DNA from: Epiperipatus broadwayi
Lineage: Eukaryota; Animalia; Onychophora
Length of the DNA stretch: 64,000 bases
NCBI GenBank assembly: GCA_028023455.1
Contig: JAQFVV010000004.1
Span: 21,452,001 to 21,516,000, forward strand
Direction of reading: 5' to 3'
Made by a program: the position numbers and the translations under genes. Every line of letters begins with the position of its first letter. Position 1 is the stretch's first letter. Positions 14,065 through 27,849 of the stretch are shown here, one piece after another. A model generated the notes under the pieces. That model made no database searches. It worked only from the letters and a program-made list of their open reading frames with translations, and had not been told where the DNA came from.

Positions 14065-16680
14065 CACCTAATTATCTTATTACATGATAGATTGGTTCCT
14101 AAAAACTATATATAAAAAAATTTGTGTAAAAAAATACATTATATATATAGAAAATAAGGAGATTGGTTCCAGATGTAAGAAATCAATGAAAATAATTAAA
14201 CCATATAAAAAATTTTGTTAGCATGTTATATTTTTTGCATGCTATCAAATTTTACTTCATGAACAATCACTCATAAATAAAAATGAATTATAGAAATAAA
14301 TTTCATTTGAAAAATAAAAAAATGTAAAAAATCAATGAACATGAAAATTAGACAGAATTTGTAATTTGAAATATACATAGCAAGATTTTATTCACTGTCA
14401 CTTTCTGACAATAAATGCATATATTTGTGTATGATTGGAATACTGTTGCTATCATTAAAACTTGCAACATTACTCCTATCACTAACAATCCTTTGGTCAT
14501 TCTATTCTTCCATTGATGAAGTACTCTGTAAACTCCTGAACAACATTAGGAATAATGTGCTGTGGTGCTGATGTTACATTTTTTATGAATGAATTCACTA
14601 ATTAATGGCTGAGTTGTATAGTGACTAGGTCTTTATATAGTTCTCTATAAGATGACTTTACTGATTTCAGATATCATTGAAACTTTGAAGCTCGTTCATC
14701 ATTAAGATCATACTTGACAAAATGATCACCTCATAGGTTAGCATGATCATGAATTTCTTTAATTGAATTAGCATTTAATATTAGATCATCATCTTTATTA
14801 TCACTGTCTTTTTCAGGATTGGAAATTTTAAGAACAATCTCCATGATTTTTTTTTCACCTAAAGCTTTATCAACTAACAATTTATCAATATTTTTAGATG
14901 ACATCATCAAATCATTATTTGCCAATTAAGTGGGCTATTATTATGAATTTGGGGAAATTCAGTCATATTAGAAACAACTGAATCTTTGCTTTTCACACAT
15001 TCCGGCCAAATAGCTTTCCAATATCCATTTAAAGTTGAAGATCTTAATTCAGGTATTGTTAATCCAACTTGATTCACGTAACCCAGAATTGAACATTTCT
15101 TCCACACATCTATAACCCTTAAGTTTATCCAAAATATATTGAAATGTTCATTTTACATAATAAATTTTAAATATTACAGTAATTCCCTGGGCTAATAGTT
15201 GAATCAAGTATGTGGTTTTAAATGGCAGAAAACAAAATTGTACATTTGGGCGATCTAAGAATTGATGAGTCTGGGCATTATCTAGATTTAATAGAACTTT
15301 AAATTCTAGATCTTTGACATTCATATATCACCTAACTTCTGGAGTGAAACTGAACCATTCCATAAAAATTTTAGTGGTGACCCAAGCCTTTTATTTGCCA
15401 TCAAGTGAATTGGCAATTTATTCAAATTTACATCTTTCATTGAACGTGGTCTTTGGGCTCGACTAACAAGCAGAGGCTTCAATATGCGATCTCCTGAAGT
15501 ATTGGAGCAGACTACACAAGTGACATGATCTTTTGCTATGTTGAAACCACCAGTAACTTTCTGCAATTTTATTATGTAGGTTCTACTTGGAATTCTCTTC
15601 CAAAAAAGACCACTTTCATCAATTTTTCAAACTTAATCAGGAATGTCTGTATCTTTTGTCTTCGATAATTTTAGCTAATTTTTTGGTGGAAATTCTTTGG
15701 CAGCTGTTTTATCTATGGATGCAGTTTCACCTTTTATTTTAATATTGTGAAGTGCATGTCTTTCAAGAAAATTTATCATCCATCCTATACTGCAGAAAAT
15801 TTCCATTCCTTATTTAACTCAGATGAAGTGCCTGGCTCGATATCTTTAATTTGTTTGTAAACTTTTAATGCTGTTTGCTTGATGGTATTTCCATTTACTG
15901 GTACTCTTTTTTCTGATATTTCTTTTAGCCACATTACTAAGGCTTTTTTCATTTTTTTCCTTAACAATATCTCTTGTGTAAATAATAACTTAGCACTTAA
16001 TTTTGTTCCGGACATATCAACTTTCTAATAGAAGCTTCATTAACTCTAATAGATTTTATAGTAGCTTCACGCAAACCAAAATGCTTTCCATAGTATAGAT
16101 GTTTCTTCTCCAGTTGCAAGACGATCTAAAATTTGAATTTTAGTATCCAAAGAAATTGTTTTCCTCATCTTTTTTATAGGTGAATTATTTGATATTGTAT
16201 GAAACTACAGAAAAATATTTCAGATTTAATTAACAAAATCTCAAAAATATATATCCAAGTACAACTTACTATCTATTGATTTTTGACAAAATTAATAAAT
16301 TTAAACAAATTTCAATTTTTTTAACATCAACACCAATAAAGAACACTTTTTTTAAAAAACTTAATGCCAAAATACAAACAAAAAAGCATCAATACCAAGA
16401 AGATACTTCCCCTTTCAAAACAAAACATCAAAAATGTCACAATGCAGCCCATTTGCAAGAATATTGCCAAAAAAGGAATTTTTGTTGTTAAAATAATGAG
16501 AAATAAAGTGATGAAACATTTTTTTAAAACTAAATGATAATAACAGACATAATTTTTTTAGTTTTTTACCAATCATGTTATTTTAAAACAACTCATGTAG
16601 AAAGAGATTTTTTTTTTTTTTTTAACTTGTGTTATTTCAAAATCATGCAAAAGAAATTAGTGTAAAAAGAGAATTAGATG
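14065..16680 (-). mobile_element. Tigger/pogo (Tc1-mariner superfamily) DNA transposon, near full length, with a disrupted transposase
   Basis: Imperfect TIRs TA|cacctaattatcttattaca ... tgtaaaaagagaattagatg|TA with TA duplication. Transposase relic ~16165 to ~14560: MRKTISLDTKIQILDRL (psq HTH), MKKALVMWLKEISEKRVPVNGNTIKQTALKVY (CENP-B HTH), DESGLFWKRIPSRTYI...AKDHVTCVVCSNTSGD..LKPLLV (DDE_1). Confidence 0.92.
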
Positions 16681-18764
16681 TATTTACAAATCGTGAATTA
16701 CTTATAAATTTAATTATATTTTTATTTACTTCACACACACATACTTTATTAATGGTATCTTTTGTGTCATGTGAAATAAAACTATACAAATATTCTGATT
16801 ACATTTAGGATTATTTATTTAACTTTTATGAAATATGCTTTCAGCTTATATTTATTGCTGCTTAAATACTATTTTGCCATTAAACTAATGGACTAGTTTT
16901 CAAAAACTGTACTTACTTACTTTATTAACATAGTATAGAACTTTCATATTAATTTTTACTTACTGCCAGTAGTAAACAGCCATTTTATTAATATTAGAAT
17001 TATTGAACTAGAACTTATTTATGTAATTAATGATTTGATTGCTCATATCCACTTATAATCATTTCATCCATTTTAATTTTAATTATAATTTATATAATAA
17101 TTGATTTTGTTATTGAATATATAATGATGGCAGCTAAAAATATTGCTAACATAGTATGCATTTTTGGATTAGAACTATTTCCTTTTGCCATTTATAAAGA
17201 TGGCTATCTGTTTAACTATGTATCCATTTTCTCTCCTGAAAGCATTTAATAATTAGTGTTTAAAAAATATTATCAAAAACCCTTTTGAGAGTTTATCATT
17301 ATTTTTATTATAGTAAAAAAAAAAACATTTCAAATGTTTAAAACAATTATTTTTAGTCTTCAAAAAAAAAAAAAAGAACTAAAAAGAATTTAGCCCTAAA
17401 TACATCAACACAATATTTAATTTGACATGTTTAATATATATCATAAATTTAATTATTAACAGTATTACTATGTAAAAATTTTGTGAGTTCACTCATAGAA
17501 ATATGCTTTTGGCTACTATAATTTAATTAAAAATAATTAACTATACACATAAACCTTATATATATTAAAAATATGTTAACATGGGAAACATTCTTTCTCT
17601 TTGACTCATTATTTTTAAAAAAATCATGCTTCCACACAAATCTTGATAAATCTTATATTTCTGAATCAATAATTTTCATATGTATGCAAATCAAATCTTT
17701 TGATGATTTTTTTAATATAATCATTTTCAAACTAGATAATCTAAAAAACAATATAACTACATTGATATATAAAAAGCACATACAAATATCATATATACAT
17801 CATTTATAAATATATATTAATTCATTTCTAATTTAGACAAAATTACCCTATTTGTATTTTTATTTATTATTGTTTATGATATTTGTACTTAAAAAAAATT
17901 TGATCACTAAATTAAAATAAATTTAGAATTGAAAAAGACATATAATTTATTTATAAGTATAATTAAATAATGTGATACAAGTAAAGTATATAAATTGAGG
18001 AGGTTTTTTTTTTTAAAAAAAGGAATAGAATGATAATAATATAAGTAGGGTAATTTTTTTTATATGTTATGTATACTTCATATTTATATGATGTTTTATT
18101 TGTATAAAATATTTATCAATATAGTAGTACTATTTTTTACTAAGTACTTTCAAAATGATTATATAAGAAAAATAATTGAAATTTCAGATTTGTATATATG
18201 TGAAAATTATTCATTCCAAAATATAAACAAGATTTATTAAAATGTGTTTGGGAGGATGACTTTTTTAAAATTACAATTTTAATATTTATAAATATTATGA
18301 TTAACAAAGATTATATCACTAATAGCTGAAAGCATAATTTTATAAATTTCTATAAAATATTTAATATAGTAACACCATTAATAATTAAGTTATATATATT
18401 TTAAACAAAAAAAAAAAACCCCCCCCACCCCCCCCTCTCTCTTTTAAAAAAATTTAAAATTTTCCCCCTTCACAAAAAAAAAAAAAAAAAAAAAAAAAAA
18501 TAAAAAAAAATACAAGCCTTCCACTGAGGACCCGACTTTTCTATAAAATAAATAAATATCTTGCAAATACTCCATTATAGTATTAAGCATTACTCAATAA
18601 GATTGCCATCTGAATACTGAATTTTTTGCTGCCCCCCCCCCCCTGTAGTTATAGCTAAACATCCACTTTCTGAAAAATGTAGGATGACTAATTGGATTGA
18701 CTGGAGTCTAGTTACCTAACCAAACCAAGTTTAAATTACAGATCATGGACATAATTGGTATTTA

Positions 18765-19369
18765 TGTATATCATCATTTTTAACCATTGTCGATCCACTG
18801 CAGAATGGTCTCTCTTAAGTTCAATCCATTTTCTCCGATCTCTAACCTCTCTTCTCCATATTACTCCAGACTCTTCTTTATTTCAACCATCCATCTTACA
18901 TGTGGTCTATTTTTTTTAGATCTTTTATAATATCTTGGAATCCAGTTTAAAATTTCAACTGTTCATCTACTATCATTTCTTCTAACAAGATTTCCAGCCC
19001 AACTCCACTTCAGTCTCTTAATTCTTTCAGTGATGTCAGAGTAAAATCTATTTGTTCTCTCACCCATGTATTTCATTTTCAATCTCTTGTTACTCCTAAC
19101 ATAATCTCTCCATATGTCGTTCAGTGGTCTGAAGTCTCAGTATTGCTCTTCTATTAAGTGTACAAATCTCAAATCCTTAAGTAAGAACTAATAACGTACA
19201 TTTATTAAAAACCTTCCTTTTCAAACACATAGGCATATTTCTTTTCAATATTAAATTATTTCTTCCAAAAGCACTCCAACCAAGTTTAATTCTATGATTA
19301 ATTTCATCCATTATGTTTTCATCTGTAGTAATAATTTAAGATACTTGTAGTTGTTAACTTCTTCTAATT
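18765..19369 (-). mobile_element. RTE-clade LINE, 3' portion (end of RT and C-terminal region)
   Basis: The minus strand reads ELEEVNNYKYL...DENIMDEINHRIKLGWSAFG...KRKVFNKC...RIKRLKWSWAGNLVRR...WIPR.YKRS...RW and ends in an (atg)n-like tail near 18765. Confidence 0.88.
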
Positions 19370-21810
19370 CAGAGGTTCCCAATCTATTTTGTGTCAGAAC
19401 TCATCTTTTCAAATAGAGATTCAATCAGCACACTTCTTACAAAAACAAATGCAGATTTTTTCCAATTTATTTATTATAGGAATTTAACAATAGTGGTGTC
19501 ATGCTCAAAGTAGAATAAACAAAAACTATCAAAAATGCAACTAATTAATGAGAGGACTGAGTTTGGTGTGGTGACACTAATTTATCAATATTTGGGGTCA
19601 TTTTTATCACGAGAAGTCTCAAGTTGCCGCATTGCATTATTAACAATGTTTTCTTTTTTAGTGTGTGGGTCAATAGATTGGTAACCATGCCAAATTGCAT
19701 TTTGGCTAAATATAATGATGGAAATGCAATGAAGAACTTCTTGGCTGCAGCCCATAAAGCTGGATATAATATTAGGATTTGCTTTTGTAGTCAAAATTCT
19801 TGATAATCGTTTTTTAATTTCAATTTTGCAGTGATAATTTTGCCGCATGTTTATTTGATGAAGATTCTAGGATCCAATCTGGAATAGCCTTATTGAGATT
19901 GAAATTGATTTATGAAATCTTCTTTAAACATTTCCAAATGCTGAGTGTATACTAGAATGTCATCATTTGTTGCCACTGAAGCAAGATTTGGAAACTTGTA
20001 AAATTCTCTTCAGCCTACATTTGTTTGTTCAAGGCAAATTTTGACATGAATGCAAAAATAGCCACCTTCGCTTTGATGAAATTAACATCATTTCCTTGCA
20101 GCTATAGATTTGTTTCATTAAATTTATTAAACAAGTCTGTAAAGTAAACTATATTCTTAAATGTGATTAAATTCCTTCTTAATGAATCATCTGATTTTTA
20201 TAAAAAAAAAAACCTCTAAAACCTAGTCAAAGAACTAAAAAAAATTATTTTATACAGATACCTTTGGATAACCAATAAACTTCTGTGCGCAATATTAAAT
20301 AACTGAAATATTTGTCAGTTTTATCACAAAACTTTCCAAACAATCTATCGTTGAGAGCATTGCTTCTTATCTTGTTAACTGCTGTGATTTCATACTATAG
20401 GGAACAATGAAGGCGGTCACACCATTTTTTTGCCACACAATGTATGACAACTACATCTAGTACTGCCTTTTTCAGATATGAAATAAACCCACAGTAGCAT
20501 CCAACCATCGCTAGAGCACCATCGGTAGCAACTGACTATGTTTTCAAAGGAATACTTTTTTTCTGTAAAAAAGCATTCCAATATGTCGAATGTGGACTTT
20601 CCTTTTGTGTCTATTTCTAATTATCTTGCAAATAATGGCAATTTTTTTTAATTATTTATGAAGTGAATATATGCCAGAAGTAAAACCTCATTGTTTAGGA
20701 AGGTTGATTCATCAACTTGCAAAGAAAACTCAATAGTCTTTAAGAACTTGTTTAGTGAACTCTCCACATCCTGGGCCATTTATTGATTTGTCTCAACACT
20801 GTATTATTGCTCAGTGGGATTTTTAAATATCAGTTGCTGGCTTGTGCAGTAGTGTGCATTTCCCCTGATTTAGTAATAAGCAATGAAATATTTTAAGAGG
20901 CATGTAATCCATCATTGTTTTGTTTCACTGCCATTGAAAACATGAGGCAAAAGTTGGATATCTTGAATGTTGATCTTTGAGCTTTTGAAAGTGGGATAAA
21001 TTTTTTTCTGTCAGGATGGATTTTAGTCATATGTTCTTCTAATTGCAGTTTCATGGCTTCAGTGGATAAAACTTTCTGGCAAATCAGGCACATTCGTAGG
21101 GTCCTGTTTGTAGGTGATTGAATAAAACCATACTTCAAGTTGTTGACATTATACTGTCTACATTTTTTTTTCAATCCAACATGATTCTATCTAGAAAATA
21201 AAACAAATAAGGTAATTAATTTCATTATATTTAAATTTAGTATAACACCGTTTACGTTACATAAATATCCTACTAATAAAAAATCTAAAAGATCATACCT
21301 ACTTCAGGCAGGTGACAAATAGAAAACTGATTGATATTTAACACAAAAGTAAAACAACCATTATTAATTAAGGCTCCAAAATTCAACATAGACCTTAGAC
21401 AAGGTAAAACTCGATTGTTAATTGAATCGCATAGATTTGTACAATCATTCAAAGTGAAACTACAAGGTATTTTGTGGTGAAACTAAATTGGAATAAACAT
21501 AAATATTAGTTTCAGCTGAGAATTGAATCAAGTCACTTGATAATTGTCATACTTAGTATCCACCTTACCTATTTGCTCACCAACAGTCACATCATAATAA
21601 TCACAATAATCTTATGCAAAATTTAAAATACATGATAATTAGTAAATAAATACAAACAGATAGGTAATAATCTATTTGGCAATATATATTTGTGCCAATA
21701 ATATAAAATACATGACGATATAAGTTATTTTTTTATTGTGATCTCTGTTTAGGCACCACACTGAAGTACAATTTTACAATTTCTCTGACGTACCAAAATA
21801 AACTTGTAAA
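19370..21810 (-). mobile_element. hAT transposon of the Buster/Charlie group (ZBED5/ZBED8/SCAND3-like transposase), disrupted
   Basis: The left end CAGAGGTTCCCAATCT at 19370 resembles Charlie-type TIRs; the right end is decayed (tctgacgtaccaaaataaac near 21785-21805). Transposase relic ~21180-19540: KKKCRQYNVNNLKYGFI..CLICQKVLSTEAMK..EHMTKIHPD, RIDEMAQDVE, FSLQVDEST, VATDGALAMVG, EVYWLSKG. Confidence 0.88.
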
Positions 21811-22117
21811 GTTTAAAATTTTTTTTACTCTGTGTATAGTAATGTTCAATGAACCTGTAAGAACATGCAATAGATTCGGTGCTCTCTATACACAATAATA
21901 TTGTAAGGACTTGCATGATTTGCTAAAATTTGTAAAAAGTCATTGTGTATAGGCTAGTACAAATATGTTTAGTTAAGAAATAGACAAAGTTGCATTTATG
22001 ATTGATTAATAAGACTTTAGAACATTCTTATGAGTATAGCTGCAGAGGGAGGGGCTGGTTCTCAGCACCCTCTATTATATCTTGAATCGGCAATGTCACC
22101 TTAGATCTTTTCAGCGC

Positions 22118-23560
22118 TCATTATCAGTCTTTATTTTCTTTTTCTTTTTTGAGAAATCCATTAAACATTACTTTAATCTTATTAACATTTACCTTTAATC
22201 TTGTACTTTTTTTACTTTCATCTGCTAATTCTTACAACATTGCCTGAAGCTCTAAAGCATTGTTTTCAAAAACAGTTATATCATCTGTAAAATCTAGATG
22301 ATTTAAATAATCCCCATTTATTTTTATTCCCTTTGCTTCCCATTTTAATCCACAAAATACTTCTTGCAAAACTGCTGTAAAAAGTTTTGGAAATATGATG
22401 TCACTTTGTCATACATTCTTCTCCATGTTAATCTTTTTAGTATCATTATATAAAACTAATTATTGTTGCATTTTTATAAATATGCTTGAGTTCGACAATA
22501 TCCTGAATCTTTATCTTTTATGATCTAATGCTTTAATAACTAATGAAATGTTTATACAATCAAATGTCTTTTCATATACTAAAAATCCAAAGCATAATGA
22601 TAACTCATATTCATTGGTTCTTTCTATAACTTGTCTCAATACTTGGATATGATCCACTAAAACCACTTTTAAATTCGGCTTATTTTTTGTTTGGTTAAAA
22701 TCCAAAGTTAACTGTAGTCAAGTTGTAATTATTTTGGTAAAAATTTTGTATAAAACTGATAAAAGACTGATAGGTCTCTAATTTCTAATATCTTCTTTGT
22801 CACCTTTTTCAAATATTAATACTGCATTCTTTCAACCATCTGGTATATCTTTATCATTTAGACATTTAGTATATAACTTTGCCAAAAAATATTCTATTTT
22901 TTGTGCTTTTAAGTTATCAATTATAATTCCATTATTACCTGAGCCTTTTCTCTTCTTTATAAATTTAATTGCATATCTCACTTCATTTAAAATCCTGGGC
23001 AATTTAAAAGATGTAATAGTTGTAGGAAAAGCTTTTTCTTATTCTTTATTACTATATAATTCTTGATACAATTCTTCTACACATTTCGTGATATCATCTC
23101 TCTCTTTAATAATAGTTCCATCTTTTTTCATATTGTAGAAACAAGTTTCCTATCAATGTTGTTTTACATTTTTGAGACTTTTATTCTCTTCTATAGCTGA
23201 CCATGCTAGTTCACAATTATATTTTCTTATATCATCAAATTTTTTTTTTGTATTATTTTATAAAATTCAAGATATTCAATCCCTCTTAATGCATCATTTT
23301 TATATATTTCCATATTCCTTCTTTTCTTCATAAATTATTTTATCTCAGTATAAATTTTACTTGTCAATTGCTGCTTTTTTGTATTAGCTATCTTTGTTGA
23401 GTTTTAAAAAAATGTATCTGTTATTGATTTCATTCAAATCTGAATCATGCTCAACATCTGTTAAAATTTGAAAATGATTTGCAAATTCTAATTTAAATTC
23501 ATTGGAATGTTTCTGAAGATTAGGAATATCAAGTGTGAATATTGTTTTTCTTAATAATTT
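22118..23560 (-). mobile_element. RTE-clade LINE, reverse transcriptase portion
   Basis: The minus strand reads IPDGWKNAVLIFEKGDKEDIRN.RPISLLSVLYKIFTKII, DHIQVLRQVIERTNEYELSLCFGFLVYEKTFD, FPKLFTAVLQEVF...GIKINGDYLNHLDFTDDI (YADD equivalent) and KVNVNKIKVMFN. Confidence 0.92.
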
Positions 23561-23669
23561 TTGTCTAGTTTTTCATTAACATGTATCTTACATCTCACTA
23601 ATCGATGATCACTTCCTATGTTAAATTGTAGATATATATTAATTTGTAAATATTGCTGTATTTATATTC

Positions 23670-23788
23670 ATATATATGTATTGAAATAATGTCAAAAAAA
23701 ATCTATTCTAATTAAAAAACATTTAATCTTTTATTTTAAAAATAAAATTTAATGAATAAATAACTCCATCACAAGCAAATCTGCATCA
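23670..23788 (+). repeat. Internally deleted duplicate of 26671-27212
   Basis: 23670-23692 matches 26671-26693. 23688-23788 matches 27107-27212 with two substitutions and an A-run difference. The two blocks join at an AATGT microhomology. Confidence 0.9.
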
Positions 23789-26670
23789 GTAAACTTGCTT
23801 AAAAAAAAATAAACAAAAAAAAATATTTTACTTAGGGTTGGTAATTACGGTACACTATTAACGAAGACATTTACAATAACACGGCTAGTAATTTTACAAA
23901 AAGACTATACAAAAACAAAAAAATGTTGGCTATCATTTTCCTAAGGACCATCTATGTTTACACCTGGCCTTCTCTCCCCAAAAATTCTATTTTCTCTATT
24001 TTTCATTTCTAACAAACTGCATGACAAGCAAATTATATAAATTATTTATTTAAGAAGGTTGCATTGAGGTAAATATGTTTTAAGAAATAATGGGTTTATA
24101 TATGTATATTTGCGGCACAATTATAAATACCACCAACTTATTTATGACTGACTGAAATGCTTACATAGGATTACACTGAAGTAAATTCCCAAACAGTACT
24201 CATCGTAAGGTACAACATTTATGATCATAAACTTACGTGGCTGTGCGCGCCTATGCATGTTAAAGCATAATATATATTAACAAAAAAAACATTAATTGCA
24301 ACCTTTTGACTTTCTTTTTAACAAAATACAATTTAAAATTATTTATACTTTCTCTCTTTAATATGTGTGTAATTTCTTTCTGGCAGCGCTTTTATAAGAT
24401 TTAAAGTATACGACTTTATGTAAACAGATAAAAATATTTCATTTTGAAAAAAGAAATTTACTCAGGGCCCTTGTGGTTTATCAAAGATCGCCCCTTGTTG
24501 GGCACCAATAATAACGGTCCGGATTTGGTGTCTTAACGTATCTGCACTACAAGGGCGCCATCTAGGCATTTGAACTTAGAAAATTTTATAAAGTAGGCAG
24601 ATACGTAAGTTTAATAAAAAAAAAATTTAATTTTTATTTTATATATTTTGACTTTGACCATTAGCCCATTGTCACTAGCTCAGTGGAACAGCAGAGATTT
24701 ATATTTTATATTAAATTCTTATCTAAGAATATATAAAAAAAAGAATAAAATAAGCCACTGCCAATAATTAACACACACACATTTATTTGCGCACATATAT
24801 ATAAAATTTGGCATTATCATTTTAGTATGTTTACTTTAGCATTTAACTATATTTTTAACTTTTAATTTATATTTTAATTTTTATAAGTTTGCACAGATGA
24901 ATTTATAAAAGTTTGTTTTATAATGTTGAGTATAGATCGGTTACATAGATTACACAGTTAAAAACATTTCAAAATAAACATAAACGATCAAAATATAAAG
25001 TCATTGATGGAATTTGAAGAGGGAAATTTATAAGAAACCCAATGGCATTCATCATAAGATGCCGCATTGACACCAATAACTTAAAAGACACCCGAATAAA
25101 TACATTTTCAATACTCACCGTAAGGTATCATTATTTACCGAATGTCTATATATTTTGATCAAATATGAAAACTAAAACATAATTAACCAATACGAATCCA
25201 TGCAAGCATCTATACCCAACTTAAATTTAATGCATTTTTATTTAGTGTTGAGTATGAAATAGACTACATAGATTTGCATTTGAAAAGAAAATATTCTATC
25301 CCTTATTCAACCCGAGGCCAAAAGCTCGTAGTTAAACCAATGTCAATCCATCTGATATGTCGTTGTATTCAATGTAATATGAATACGACAACATGAAATA
25401 CCATACTGTCAGGAATGTGCATCTGAGCAGCAGGGTTAAGAGAAGAAATTGACTCTCATCCAGATAGGAATACTACATCTATCTGATGAGAAGAGCAATA
25501 AAAAAAACTCCATAGGAAAGGACTGCGGTCATTTTTGCTGACTTACGATCACATTCCATAGGCAAAAGGGGTTGTGTGGCATATAATTCGATTCTGCACA
25601 TAGCGAACCTTGTACTACATCTAATTACACCAATATATCCAATCCACTGACCCAATTCAACCACGAAATGAATAACCTAAGATTACCCTCCCCTAATAAA
25701 ACTTTACAAATCTGTATAGCCATTCATGCCCGACTTAAGTTTAACATTTATATAATTTAGTTTAACGAAAAACAAAAATCATAAATAAAACTTAAGAGAA
25801 CAAAAAAAAAATGGAAATGATTTTAAATTTAAAAAAATACATCAAATAACATTATTAATATTAATTTACATTGGTCAGATAGGATTCTATTTGTATTATT
25901 TTAAATACTGGGAAAGTTTATATTTTAGAGTTCTTAGTGTTTTCAAATTAATTAATGTTCATTAGATTTCATAAAGTTCTTACGATTTTAACAAGTCCGT
26001 GGTTTCTAATTTCTTGCAGTTGCTTGCCATTTGGATGCCAGCATTAATTCCCCCGATGTCCTATGGTCCTCAGTATAGGCAAAACGATGTCATTTCTTTC
26101 CTTTTTAACAAAACTGAAGGGATTGAAGAGTGCATCTTTTCAATCCCTTCTCCTTCAATTCCGTACTAACACATATAGTCACATCTCTTCTCTTCGCTCT
26201 TTCTTCACTCACTTTTTATAATAGACTTTCAGATCCAGTGGACATTACGTCACGACGATTGTGATAATCCTTTCGCTGAGGTCCGATTTGAGGGATTTTT
26301 TTTATTGGCTATTAGTTTCTATATCTGACCATTGCTTATACATTTTAAATGCCCAAGGGCTAGTTTACATTTAACTAATTTAAACAATCATTTCCATTTT
26401 ATGATTAATTAATGTGTTTTCCAAAATTAAAGATATATTTTTATCTCTAAATCTTTTTAAGTTTTTGCTTTTAAAATACTTTTTCTATTTTTAATAAAGT
26501 TTTATTTTAATAATTTTTTTCATCTGTGCGATTTTATATATATATATTTGAGTTTAGATGATATTTAATTTCAATTTTTAATTCTTAAAAAAAAGTTTTT
26601 ATTTGCGAACTTTTCTTTTTTTGTGTTTATTAATAAAAAAAATAATGTAATGTCGTATGTGCTCGTTACA
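23789..26670. mobile_element. Unclassified TG...CA-type non-coding repeat, copy A (5' end missing)
   Basis: It shares its 3' ~550 bp with 1-539 and internal motifs with 29649-31737 (gtatctgc...gcagatac stem; gccc.tg.cactagct; tgttgag.atagat). It ends tgtaatgtcgtatgtgctcgttaca|ATAT. Confidence 0.75.
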
Positions 26671-27849
26671 ATATATATGTATTGAAATAATGTTAATAAT
26701 ATTATGAGTAATTTCCACAGTTCATTTTTGCTATTATTTAATGATTTCTTTAAATCTGGAAAATTAATAAATAAGACAGCTGGAGTCTTATTAATGGTAT
26801 TGCAACAATATATAGAAAAATAAGTTTTGTCTATTCCCATTAATATTATTTGTTTTAATAATATTCATTATTCTTTTACAGTTTGTAGAAAATATATTTT
26901 ATAACTACTAATATAACTTAATTATAAACACATATTTTGTATTAATGTATCAATATAAGTTTTGAGTTGTTTTCTTTAATATGTTATATGTATAGATTAA
27001 ATAATTATAAATTAATGCAAATAGTATAATATTAATTTATTTTGTTGTAGTCAAGAGATCATAACACATTAACAAAAAAAAAAAATCAATAATTTAAACA
27101 ACAGTGAATGTCAAAAAAAAAAAAATCTATTCTAATTAAAAAACATTTAATCTTTTCTTTTAAAAATAAAATTTGATGAATAAATAACTCCATCACAAGC
27201 AAATCTGCATCAAGATGAATACTGTAGGATATTCAGGAAGAGTGGGTTTAGCAGGATGTTTTCTTTTAGAAGATGGCATTAATTTGGTAATTTCAGAAGA
27301 ACAATTGTTAATAACTAAAAATACATTGTATATAGTAAGCTTGTAATGATAAAAACTAAAAGGTATGAAATAGCTCTAACAAGCTTTATCAATAAATGTT
27401 GCTTGAGAGAAAGCATTTAAAATTTCTATCTAGAAATGATCTCTATCCCCAGACCAGTTTCATGCTTTGAACAATTGTTAAATTTCTAGAGAAAAATCAA
27501 TGACTTACAGTAAAAGATTATTCCAGAAAGATTGAAGAGAAGAAAAGAATCCAATTAATCTAATTGTTCTGCTTTTGGAATAATGTTAATAATTGAAGAA
27601 TAGATCAAGATATTTCTATTTATATCAGATCTCAATATTTAGTAGAAAGCTGAATTTGAATTTTGTATTATAAAATAAGTTGTATGGAGAAAAGATGTTT
27701 TTTTATTATTATTGTTTTTTTCCAATAATATGATACTATTACAAAAAATAATATTTACATATAACACATTCAGAAATATTAACATATTTATAATATTTTA
27801 TGAATAGTTTTTACTTTAATAATATGATTTTTTTTAAAAATATATTTAG

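Noticed and set aside
18405-18515. A, C and CT homopolymer cluster
   Set aside because: Low-complexity sequence, possibly with read errors; no structure to interpret.
25483-25530. CTGATGA...GAAA followed by a GAC-TGCG-GTC hairpin in element A
   Set aside because: Stem II does not close next to the core and the base after GAAA cannot pair for a GUC site; likely chance.
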